DNA of 64,000 bases, taken from assembly GCA_963813335.1 (NCBI GenBank), contig CAWEYL010000001.1, positions 1-64,000 on the forward strand, read 5' to 3'. Position numbers and translations under genes: made by a program. This DNA is from an uncultured Chloroflexia bacterium (lineage in GTDB: Bacteria; Chloroflexota; Limnocylindria; Limnocylindrales; CSP1-4). The notes beneath the pieces are model-generated. The model searched no databases. It was not told where the DNA came from and saw only the letters and a list, made by a program, of their open reading frames with translations. Every line of letters starts with the position of its first letter. Positions within the stretch are counted from its first letter, which is position 1. Of this stretch, positions 54,873 to 63,176 are shown piece by piece.

Positions 54873-55322
54873 ATGGAGACGATCGCCGAACCCGACCACG
54901 ACGACGAGGCACGTCGCGCCGCGACGATGAAACGGCTCGACTTCCTCATCGACTGGTATCGCCGCCACGCCGAGCAGGAGCGGCTGGTGTACCGGGTGCT
55001 CAAGGTCCTGTCGATCGGGACGGCCGCGGCCGTCTCGGTGTCGGCGGCCGCTTCGAACCCGCAGGTGGTCACCGCCACACTCGGGGCGCTCATCGTCGTG
55101 TTCGAGACCATCCAGTCGGTCTTCCACCTGCACGCCGACTCGGTGTCATACGCGCAGACCAAGGAGCTGCTGATCCGCGAGAAGGCGCTGTATGACGCGA
55201 GGGCCGGGGGGTATGCCCGTTCGTCGAACCCCGATCGGTACCTGGCCGAGCAGGTCGAGCGGATCGCGGCGGCCGAGCTCTCGTCCTGGGTCGACAAGCA
55301 GACCGACGAGAAGGCCGCGTGA
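54873..55322 (+). CDS. DUF4231 / SLATT two-TM effector-family protein
   Basis: IDWY...2 TM helices...Y..TKE.L.REKALY...Y...LAEQVE.I...E...W; GGAGG RBS. Confidence 0.8.
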   Translation: METIAEPDHDDEARRAATMKRLDFLIDWYRRHAEQERLVYRVLKVLSIGTAAAVSVSAAASNPQVVTATLGALIVVFETIQSVFHLHADSVSYAQTKELLIREKALYDARAGGYARSSNPDRYLAEQVERIAAAELSSWVDKQTDEKAA

Positions 55323-55436
55323 CCCGCGGTCGACCGAGCGGCGATCGGCGGGTGGCCGGGCGGTGATCCGCGGTTAACCGAGCGGTGAGTGGCAGGTGGC
55401 TGGCCGATACGTGCCGCCAGTCACGATCTCGGTGTC

Positions 55437-56213
55437 GTGGATGATCAGCGGATCGGGTCGGCCATCCGGTCGGTCCGGCTCAAGCGGCGATGGCGCCAGG
55501 CGGACCTTGCGACGGCGGCGGACGTGTCGCGCTCGACGGTCTCGCGGATCGAGCGCGGCCATCTCGACCAGCTGTCGCTCGAGACCCTCCGCACGGTGGC
55601 GCGCGCCCTCGATGTCCGGGTCGATTTCGTCGTTCGATGGCGCGCCGGAGACCTCGACCGACTGCTGAATGCCCGGCACTCGAAGCTGCACGAGTCCGTC
55701 GCCCGGATGTTCCGAGACGACCTGCCGGCCTGGGCACTCCGGCCCGAGACCTCGTTCGCCATCTTCGCGGAGCGCGGCGTCATCGACATCCTTGCGTGGC
55801 ATGCCGGTCGCCGCGCCCTGCTCGTGATCGAGCTCAAGACGGACATCGTCGACGTCAACGAGCTGGTCGGAACGGTCGACCGGAAGCGGCGCCTCGCGGC
55901 ACAGGTCGCGGCGGAGTTCGGCTGGGAGGCGCAGACGGTGTCGGTCTGGGTGATCGTGGCCGACGGCCGGACCAATCGAGCCCGGATCGCGGTCCACAAC
56001 GCCATGCTGCGCGCGGCGTTCCCGACCGATGGACGGTCGATGCGGTCGTGGTTGCGGGACCCGGCCGAAGCGGTCGCAGCCATGTCGACATGGCACGACG
56101 ACCATGGGGAGAACGCAATGGCCGATGCGACACCGGTCAGGCGCGTCCGACGGCCCAAGCCGAAGGCGGTCGGTGTGCGATCACGCACGAAACGGAACGA
56201 CACGATGGCCTGA
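55437..56213 (+). CDS. XRE-family HTH fused to a PD-(D/E)xK nuclease domain
   Basis: IRSVRLKRRWRQADLATAADVSRSTVSRIERG; E-x-S-F...G.IDILAW...LLVIELKT. Confidence 0.85.
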   Translation: MDDQRIGSAIRSVRLKRRWRQADLATAADVSRSTVSRIERGHLDQLSLETLRTVARALDVRVDFVVRWRAGDLDRLLNARHSKLHESVARMFRDDLPAWALRPETSFAIFAERGVIDILAWHAGRRALLVIELKTDIVDVNELVGTVDRKRRLAAQVAAEFGWEAQTVSVWVIVADGRTNRARIAVHNAMLRAAFPTDGRSMRSWLRDPAEAVAAMSTWHDDHGENAMADATPVRRVRRPKPKAVGVRSRTKRNDTMA

Positions 56214-56284
56214 GTGGCCGTCCCGGGGGTGGTTCCGGGCCAGCGATCGGCCATTACGTTCTGTGGATGAGCGTTGTGCCGGGT
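56088..56284. mobile_element. REPIN/MITE-like inverted doublet 2, overlapping the nuclease 3' end
   Basis: Arms 56088-56126 (inside the CDS) and 56246-56284. Confidence 0.7.
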
Positions 56285-56309
56285 CGGCGTCGGCCTGGGC
56301 CGCCGGACC

Positions 56310-57264
56310 CTATCCCGGACCTGGCGCCGCCATCACGCGAGCCAGCACGTCGCTGAACCGGGCCGTCGCCACGCCGATCGACGTGTCCGCGGCCCCGTAG
56401 TAGAGGTGCAGCTGGTCGGCCGGCTCGTCGAGGACCCAGCCGCACGGGAAGACGACCTTGCCGACGTCGCCGATGACCTCGTGCGGCGCCGTCGGGCCGA
56501 ACACCCACTCGTCCATCCGCCGCAGGAGCACGCGGGGATCGGCGAGGTCCAGCAGGGCCAGGCCGACGCGGTAGATCGGGCCGTCGCCGGTCAGGTGCAC
56601 GCCGTGGTACATCAGCAGCCAGCCCTCTTCGGTCTCGAGCGGTGGCGGGCCGAGGCCGATCTTGTTGGCATCCCACCACGCCCCGTCACGCGCCTCGAGG
56701 AGCAGCGCGTGGTCCCCCCAGTGCCGCAGGTCCGGCGACCACGAGAGCCACATGTGGGCGTTGCCGTGCAGCGGCGAGGGCCGATGGATCATCGCCCAGC
56801 GCCCGTCGAAGCGGACCGGGAACAGGGCGGCGTCCTTGTCCTCGGGCGGCATCGCCGGACCCAGGCGCCGCACGCTCCGGAAGTCGCGCGTCACCGCCAG
56901 CGAGACCAGCGGACCGCGGCGGCTGTACGCGGTGTAGGCGATCGCCCACTCCTCGCGCTCGGGGAGCCACGTCAGCCGCGGGTCCTCGCAGCCCCAGATC
57001 TCCTCGGGGTGGTTCGCGGCGTCGGAGCGGAGCAGGGGCTCGGGGTCGAACGTCCAGCCAGTCGATCCCGTCGGCGCTGCGCACGACGTGGAGCTGCGAG
57101 ATGCCGCGCATGTCTTCGACGCGGACGAGCAGGACCGTCTCGTCGCCGACCCGCGCCGCCCCCGGGTTGAAGACCGAGTTCGCTGGGTAGGGGACATCGG
57201 CGACGGTCAGGATCGGATTCGAATCGGACCGGCGGAACAGCATCGCGTCGTCGAGGTGCGTCAC
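56310..57264 (-). CDS. GH130-family glycosidase/phosphorylase (frameshift near 57060)
   Basis: NPIL, VFNPGA, GCEDPR, KDAALFP, KIGLGPPP, YHGV, VVFPCG, YYGAAD. Confidence 0.88.
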
Positions 57265-58532
57265 CGGGTGGATGTTGGCAGACGTGGACCCATCCCGTGG
57301 CTGCGGGCCATCGATGCCGCGGATCGCTGGCGCATCGAGCCGACCACCGTCGTCGTTCGCGGCGCCGGCCAGTCGGTGTCGGGCGGCTCACCGGGTCCGG
57401 CGACGACCGGACGGGTCACGCCGGCGGCGCTCGCGGCCGCACTGGCCCGCGCCCACCGGATGTGCTCGAGCGCGACCAGCCACATCAGCGTCGATTCGGC
57501 GCCCTGGTTCTGGTTGACCCGGTCGTGTTCGAGGCCATCGAACCCGGCGCCGCGCTGCGGATCCACGACCGGGAGCCCGACATCGTTGTGGCCGAGGAAC
57601 CAGGCGTAGCAGTGTTCCATGGCGGCAACGTAGCGCTCGTCGCCCGACTCGTCGAGCGCAGCTTCGGCCGCGAGCAGGAGGGCGGTCGCCTCGATCGGCT
57701 GCTGGTCGAACCTCGACCGCTCGCCGTCGCGCGGCCACCAGCCGTTGCCGACCGGCGAGAAGTCGTCGTCGCCGCCGGTCTGGATCTCGATGAGCCAGTC
57801 GAGCGCGCGCCGGCCGGTCTCGATCATCGGCGTCGAGCCGAGCCATCGGCCGGCCACGATGAGCGCCCGTGGCGGCAGGCCGTTCTCGTAGGTGAGGATG
57901 GGTTCGGGCCACGGCCAGGCATCGTCGGTGGCGCCCGTGATGAACCTCGAATGGAGTCGGCGCGCCAGCATCCGGTAGGCGCGGTCGGTCAGGTCCGTCG
58001 GGTCCACCCGGATCGCGGCGTCGCAGCCCAGCAGGACTGATGCCTGCGCGCGGATCGCGGTGACGCGGACGGCTTCGGGCAGGGCGTCGCTGAAGAGGGA
58101 GGCAGCGAGCGCGACCATCCGGCCGTCCGGCGCTGTCGCGACGACCGTGCCGAGGGCGAGCATCGCCCGGCCCTGGCTGTCCTCGGAGGGGATGCCGTCG
58201 ACCCACGAGCCGTCGGCGCGCCGGAAGTTGCGGAACGTCCCGGCCGACGGGTCGAAGGCGTCGCGCAGGAACCGGACGTTCTGCCAGGCCCGCTCCGAGA
58301 CCTCGGCCCAGCCGAGCGTCCGGCCGTGGAGCAGGTCGACCTCGAGGGCGCGGGCGACGTCGTCGGTGCAGGAGCCGTGCGCCGGGTCCGGCGCCGAGAA
58401 CGTCGCGTGCTGCGCGATCCCGAACGGGCCGGTCAGCGCATCGAGGTGCTCGCGGCTGACCGGGTAGAGCGGCACGAGTCCGGGGACCGGCGCCGGCGCC
58501 GGCGCCGCCCGCCCGGACCCGGCCTCAGGCAT
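57261..58532 (-). CDS. glycosyltransferase-associated six-hairpin glycosidase-like protein
   Basis: QHA...CTDDVARAL; EDSQGRA; FDQQPIEA; WFLGHN; NQNQGAESTL. Confidence 0.82.
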   Translation of the reverse strand: MPEAGSGRAAPAPAPVPGLVPLYPVSREHLDALTGPFGIAQHATFSAPDPAHGSCTDDVARALEVDLLHGRTLGWAEVSERAWQNVRFLRDAFDPSAGTFRNFRRADGSWVDGIPSEDSQGRAMLALGTVVATAPDGRMVALAASLFSDALPEAVRVTAIRAQASVLLGCDAAIRVDPTDLTDRAYRMLARRLHSRFITGATDDAWPWPEPILTYENGLPPRALIVAGRWLGSTPMIETGRRALDWLIEIQTGGDDDFSPVGNGWWPRDGERSRFDQQPIEATALLLAAEAALDESGDERYVAAMEHCYAWFLGHNDVGLPVVDPQRGAGFDGLEHDRVNQNQGAESTLMWLVALEHIRWARASAAASAAGVTRPVVAGPGEPPDTDWPAPRTTTVVGSMRQRSAASMARSHGMGPRLPTSTR

Positions 58533-59691
58533 TGATGGTCGCGAGCTGCCCGGATCGGGTGACGACCGAGGCCGGCGCGACGACCCGCTCGAAGAGGCGT
58601 CGATACTCGGCGCCGACCTCCGACCAGACCATGTTCCGGCTGTAGGCATAGGCGCGGCGGCCGAGGGCGTCGCGGAGCTCACTGTCGTCCAGCACGCGGT
58701 TCAGCGCCGCCGCGAACTTGGCCGGCGAGCCGGGCGCGACGAGGATGCCGCGGCCGTCGGCCAGCAGCTCGGCCGCATATGCGTACGGGGTCGAGACGAT
58801 CGCCCGGCCCGCGCTCATCGCGTACGACAGCGTGCCCGAGACGATCTGGTCGAGGTTCGGGTAGGGGGTGACGAAGACGTCGGCGGCTTCGAGCCAGCGC
58901 GTCAGTTCGACGTGCCCGACGAACTTGTCGATGAAGCGGACGTGGTCGGCCATCTTGAGGTCCTTGACCCGGGCCACCAGCGCCTCGCGGTACGCCTCGC
59001 CCTCGCGCGCCAGCAGGTCGGGATGAGTCGCGCCGACGATGACGTAGACGGCGTTCGGGTGGGCGGCCACGACCTCGGGCATCGCGTCGATGGCGAGCTC
59101 GTAGCCCTTGCCCTGGCCGAGCAGGCCGAAGCTCAGGATGACGTCGCGCCCGACCAGGCCGACGGCGGCCTTGATCGATTCGGACGGGACCAGCGGCAGC
59201 TCCGGGACGCCATGCGGGATGATGTCGACCCGACTCGGGTCGACCCCGTAGGCGGTCTCGAGGAGCGTCGCGGCGGACCGCGACATGACGACGGTCGCCG
59301 TCGCCGCAGAGGTCAGCTCGATGAGGATCTCGCGCTGGCGACGGGTCGGCTTGCGCAGCACCGTATGGAGCGTCGCGACCGCGGGCATGTCGAGCTCGTG
59401 GATGAAGCCGAGGACCGACTCGCCGTCATCGCCGCCCCAGATCCCGTACTCGTGCTGGATCGACACGACGTCGACGCAGCGCGAGAGCGAGCGGGCCGTC
59501 GAGATGTAGTCGGCGGGCTCGTCGCGGCGGATGCGGTGATGGACTTCCATCGGGTAGGGGACGCCGCGCTCCGGCGAGACGAGCGCGACGACCTCGCGGC
59601 CGCTCGAGGCGCGTGACAGGGCATGCGTGAAGGTCGCGATGCCGCAGTGGCGCGGCGGATACGTGGAAACGAAGGCAGTTCGAACGATGAT
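58525..59691 (-). CDS. GT4 family glycosyltransferase (probable ATC start)
   Basis: STYPPRHCGIATF, IQHEYGIWGG, FGLLGQGKG.E, TPY.NLDQIVSGTL; frame open to 59691 with GAGAGGA RBS. Confidence 0.88.
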   Translation of the reverse strand: MIVRTAFVSTYPPRHCGIATFTHALSRASSGREVVALVSPERGVPYPMEVHHRIRRDEPADYISTARSLSRCVDVVSIQHEYGIWGGDDGESVLGFIHELDMPAVATLHTVLRKPTRRQREILIELTSAATATVVMSRSAATLLETAYGVDPSRVDIIPHGVPELPLVPSESIKAAVGLVGRDVILSFGLLGQGKGYELAIDAMPEVVAAHPNAVYVIVGATHPDLLAREGEAYREALVARVKDLKMADHVRFIDKFVGHVELTRWLEAADVFVTPYPNLDQIVSGTLSYAMSAGRAIVSTPYAYAAELLADGRGILVAPGSPAKFAAALNRVLDDSELRDALGRRAYAYSRNMVWSEVGAEYRRLFERVVAPASVVTRSGQLATINA

Positions 59692-59808
59692 GGGAGTCCT
59701 CTCGATCGATCGGCGCGGCTCGGACCGGGGTCGGTCGGGCGCGCCGGATATGAGCCGGAGCCGGGGGTGGGTGAGCGGCTCACCCGTGAGTGGGCCGCTC
59801 AGGTCCGG

Positions 59809-60012
59809 TCAGGCGGGGCGCACCTGGGTGGCGCGGGGACCCTTGGGGCTCTGCTCGATCTCGAAGGTGACGTGCTCGCCACCGACGATCCGATCGAAGT
59901 CCATGCCGGCGTCGAGGGCGCCGCGATGGAAGAAGTACTCCTTCTCATCCTCGGCAGCGATGAAGCCGAAGCCGCGATCGGCGATGACTCGTTTGATGGT
60001 TCCGGTGGTCAT
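59809..60012 (-). CDS. cold-shock protein (CSD)
   Basis: GTIKR..ADRGFGFI, YFFH, KGPRA; GGAGG RBS. Confidence 0.93.
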   Translation of the reverse strand: MTTGTIKRVIADRGFGFIAAEDEKEYFFHRGALDAGMDFDRIVGGEHVTFEIEQSPKGPRATQVRPA

Positions 60013-60183
60013 GTGGACCTCCAACACTTCCCGAACAGGGATGGCAGATCGCACGGTCCGTTCGAAAAGGGGATCGACCACGCGGAGCATCGCCACGCAG
60101 TGCGGCGAGGTCCCCACCGTAGCACAGATGTTCGAGGCTGCCTCGTGAAACGGGCCGGGAGGGTCGCGGCGGGGGCGTCGTCG

Positions 60184-60325
60184 CGGACCCGCGGCGGGGG
60201 TCGCGGACCCGCGGTGGGCGGTCAGGCGCCGGACCCGGCGGTAGGCGCCGGACCCGCGGTGGGCGGTAGGCGCCGGACCCGCGGTGGGCGGTAGGCGCCG
60301 GACCCGGCGGCAGGCGCCGGACCCG
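60184..60325 (+). repeat. GC-rich tandem repeat of 19-26-bp units beginning GGACCCG
   Basis: GGACCCGCGGTGGGCGGTAGGCGCC and shorter variants, abutting doublet 3. Confidence 0.75.
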
Positions 60326-60515
60326 GCACGACGCTCATGGACAGAACGTTATGGCCGGTCTCGCGCGGCCGTCTCGGTCCGCCGCCGATCCGGCTCGACC
60401 CGCTGAGCACGGATCGAGCGTGAGCGGCCGTCGCTGAACCGCGGATCGACTGTGTCGGTCGCTCCGACGGCTCCCGACCGGCCATTACGTTCCCTGGGCG
60501 AGCGTTGTGACAGGT
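60321..60515. mobile_element. REPIN/MITE-like inverted doublet 3
   Basis: Arms 60321-60359 and 60477-60515. Confidence 0.7.
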
Positions 60516-60647
60516 CGGGCCGGGGACGGGTGTCGCGCCAGGGACGGGTGTCGCGCCGCGGGGATCGACCGACTGACGCACGCGGCGCCGCCCTCGGCAT
60601 CCCAGGCACTGCCCGCCGCGGCCGCCTCCGAACTGCCACCCGCGCGA

Positions 60648-60728
60648 ACTTTGTACGGGGTATTTACAAAGTGGCGACGGCTCGCTAGCATCCGGGCCGA
60701 CAGGCTTTGCCAACTCTCTGGACAAAGT
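60648..60728 (+). promoter_or_regulatory. two ROK/XylR-type operators overlapping or flanking a sigma70 promoter
   Basis: ACTTTGTA-N9-TACAAAGT (60648-60672) and GCTTTGCC-N9-GACAAAGT (60704-60728); TTTACA-N17-TAGCAT. Confidence 0.75.
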
Positions 60729-60850
60729 GCGGGAGGGGGCGGACCGGCGACGGGACCCGGCGACGGGACCCGGCCACGGGACCCGCGGCCACGGGACCCG
60801 CGGCACGGACGAGGTCGGCGAGCCACCGTCGGAGGAGGACAGCACGGCGC

Positions 60851-62023
60851 ATGCCACGCATCGAGTACTCCCTCAAGGCGACCCACGCGCAGACCCGTGC
60901 CCACAACGCCAGCCTGGTCCTGCGCGCGCTCTACGACCTCGGCCCGATCTCCCGCGCCGAGATCGCCCGCCTCACGGGCCTCACGAGAACCAGCGTCGGC
61001 GAGCTGGTCGCGGACCTCGAGGCGGAAGGGCTCGCCCGCGAAGTCGGCCGCGGCCCCAGCACCGGCGGCAAGCAGCCGACGCTGGTCGCGCTCGAGAGTG
61101 ACGCCCGGACCGCCATCGTCCTCGACCTCGGCGAGCGCACGTTCTCGGCCGCGCTCGCGAACCTGCGCGGCGAGCTCACCCACCGGCACACCCGCGACCT
61201 CGAGGGGCGCGACGGCGATGCCGCGCTCGCGCTCGTCCACGAGCTGATCGAGGAGGTCTCCCGCGAGGCGACCAGCCCGATCCTCGGCATCGGCGTCGGG
61301 ACCCCGGGCATCGTCGACGCCGGCGGCACGATCCGCTGGGCGGTCAACCTCGAGTGGAAGGACCTGCCGCTCGCCGAGCTGCTCCGCGACCGCTACGGTC
61401 ACCCGACGATCGTCGCCAACGATGCCCGCGCGGCCGCCCTCGCGACGTTCCTGTTCGAGGGCGAGGACCGGCCGGCGAACCTGATCGCGATCAAGGTCGG
61501 GCGCGGCATCGGCAGCGGTCTGGTCCTCGACGGCGACCTCTTCGGCGGCGACGGCGACGGCGCGGGCGAGATCGGCCACATCGTCGTCGAGCCCGACGGC
61601 GCGGCGTGCCACTGCGGCCGCTTCGGCTGCCTCGAGACGGTCGCCTCGGCGCCCGCGATCCTGCGGGCGGCGGTCGCGGCCGGCCTGCCGCCGAGCACCA
61701 CCCTCCCCGAGCTGGCCGCCGCGGCCCGACGCGGCGACGAGCGCGCCCTGGGCGTCACGCGCGCCGCGGGCCGGGCGCTCGGCTCGGCCATCGCCAACCT
61801 CATCGGCATCCTCGACGTCCGCCACATCGTGGTCCACGGGTCGGTGACGGTCCTCGGCGAGCCGTGGCTCGACGCGATCCGCGACGAGGCCACGCGCCGC
61901 AGCCTCGGCCCGCTCGCGCGGGAGACCCGCATCGTCGACGGCGGGACGGGCGAGGACCTGACGCTCGTCGGCGCCTGCGCGCTGCTGCTGACCAGCGAAC
62001 TCGGCCTGACGGTCCAGCGATGA
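60851..62023 (+). CDS. ROK family transcriptional repressor (XylR/NagC-like)
   Basis: ISRAEIARLTGLT HTH; GEIGH; CHCGRFGCLE. Confidence 0.93.
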   Translation: MPRIEYSLKATHAQTRAHNASLVLRALYDLGPISRAEIARLTGLTRTSVGELVADLEAEGLAREVGRGPSTGGKQPTLVALESDARTAIVLDLGERTFSAALANLRGELTHRHTRDLEGRDGDAALALVHELIEEVSREATSPILGIGVGTPGIVDAGGTIRWAVNLEWKDLPLAELLRDRYGHPTIVANDARAAALATFLFEGEDRPANLIAIKVGRGIGSGLVLDGDLFGGDGDGAGEIGHIVVEPDGAACHCGRFGCLETVASAPAILRAAVAAGLPPSTTLPELAAAARRGDERALGVTRAAGRALGSAIANLIGILDVRHIVVHGSVTVLGEPWLDAIRDEATRRSLGPLARETRIVDGGTGEDLTLVGACALLLTSELGLTVQR

Positions 62024-62110
62024 CAAGCCGACCGCCCGCGGCCGCCACCGCGCGCGACTCCCCGGCCGACCGCCGCTCCCCGGCCGACCGCCGCGGCTGC
62101 CGCCGCGACC

Positions 62111-63112
62111 ATGACGACCGCCAGCGTCCCGAGCGGCGGCCTCGTCGCGGGGGTCGACATCGGCGGCACCAAGATCGCCGTCCTCGTCGTGAACGCCTCG
62201 GGCGCTGTCCTCGGTCGTGCCACGCGATCCTCCTCCGTGGGCGACCAGGACGGTGCCGCCGAAGCGATCGTCGCCTGCCTCGACGACGCGCTGGCCACCT
62301 CGAACCTCGACCGCGCCGACCTGCGCGCGGTCGGCGTCGGCGTCCCCGGCCGGGTCGACCCGGCCGAGGGCACGGTCACCCTCGCGGTCAACCTCGGCTG
62401 GCGCGACTTCCCGCTGAAGGCCGCACTCGAGACCCGCCTCGGTCGCCCGGTGATCGTCGAGAACGACGCCCGTGCCGCCGCCATCGGCCTGCACGAGCGC
62501 GGTGTCCTCGGCGACTTCGACGACCTCGCCTATCTCGCGGTCGGCACCGGGATCGCCGCCGGGGTCGTGCTCGACGGCACGCTCCACCGCGGTGCGCGCG
62601 GCCTCGCCGGCGAGATCGGGCACGCCATCGCCGACCGCGACGGCCCGGTGTGCGCCTGCGGCCAGCACGGCTGCCTCGAGGCCTTCGCCTCCGGGCCGGC
62701 GATCGCCCGGCGCGCCCACGCGGCGACGGCCAAGGACGTGTTCGCCGCCGCCGCCGCGGGCGACGCGCTCGCCGCGGACCTCGTCGACGACGTCGGCCGC
62801 CGGCTGGCCTGGGCGGTCCACCTGCTGGTCATGACCTACGACGTCGAGCGCGTCGTCATCGGCGGCGGGGTCTCCCATGCCGGCGCCGCGTTCGCCGCGC
62901 CGATCCATCGCGAGCTGGCGCGACTGCGCGCCGCGTCCGCCTCGGCGGCCGAGCTGCTGCCGGCCGACGTCGTCGAGATCCTGCCACCCGAAGCCGAGGC
63001 GGGCGCCTGGGGCGCCGTGACGATCGCCGCGGCCCACATCGGGCTCGAGCCGGTCCGCGGATCGGGACCGAGCCACGGATGGAGGGAGGTGGGCCACGTC
63101 CGGGAGTCGTGA
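62111..63112 (+). CDS. ROK family sugar kinase
   Basis: GVDIGGTK; ENDARAAA; GEIGH; CACGQHGCLE. Confidence 0.9.
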   Translation: MTTASVPSGGLVAGVDIGGTKIAVLVVNASGAVLGRATRSSSVGDQDGAAEAIVACLDDALATSNLDRADLRAVGVGVPGRVDPAEGTVTLAVNLGWRDFPLKAALETRLGRPVIVENDARAAAIGLHERGVLGDFDDLAYLAVGTGIAAGVVLDGTLHRGARGLAGEIGHAIADRDGPVCACGQHGCLEAFASGPAIARRAHAATAKDVFAAAAAGDALAADLVDDVGRRLAWAVHLLVMTYDVERVVIGGGVSHAGAAFAAPIHRELARLRAASASAAELLPADVVEILPPEAEAGAWGAVTIAAAHIGLEPVRGSGPSHGWREVGHVRES

Positions 63113-63176
63113 TGCACCGACATCGACCACACACCGAAGCGCAGACCCGACCAGGGAAGGAACCAGGAGGAGGAGC

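Noticed and set aside
54601-56284. Classical IS element
   Set aside because: No DDE, HUH or serine/tyrosine recombinase ORF and no clear target-site duplication were found.
60184-60325. Possible CRISPR array
   Set aside because: The units are adjacent with no unique spacers, and no cas genes are present.
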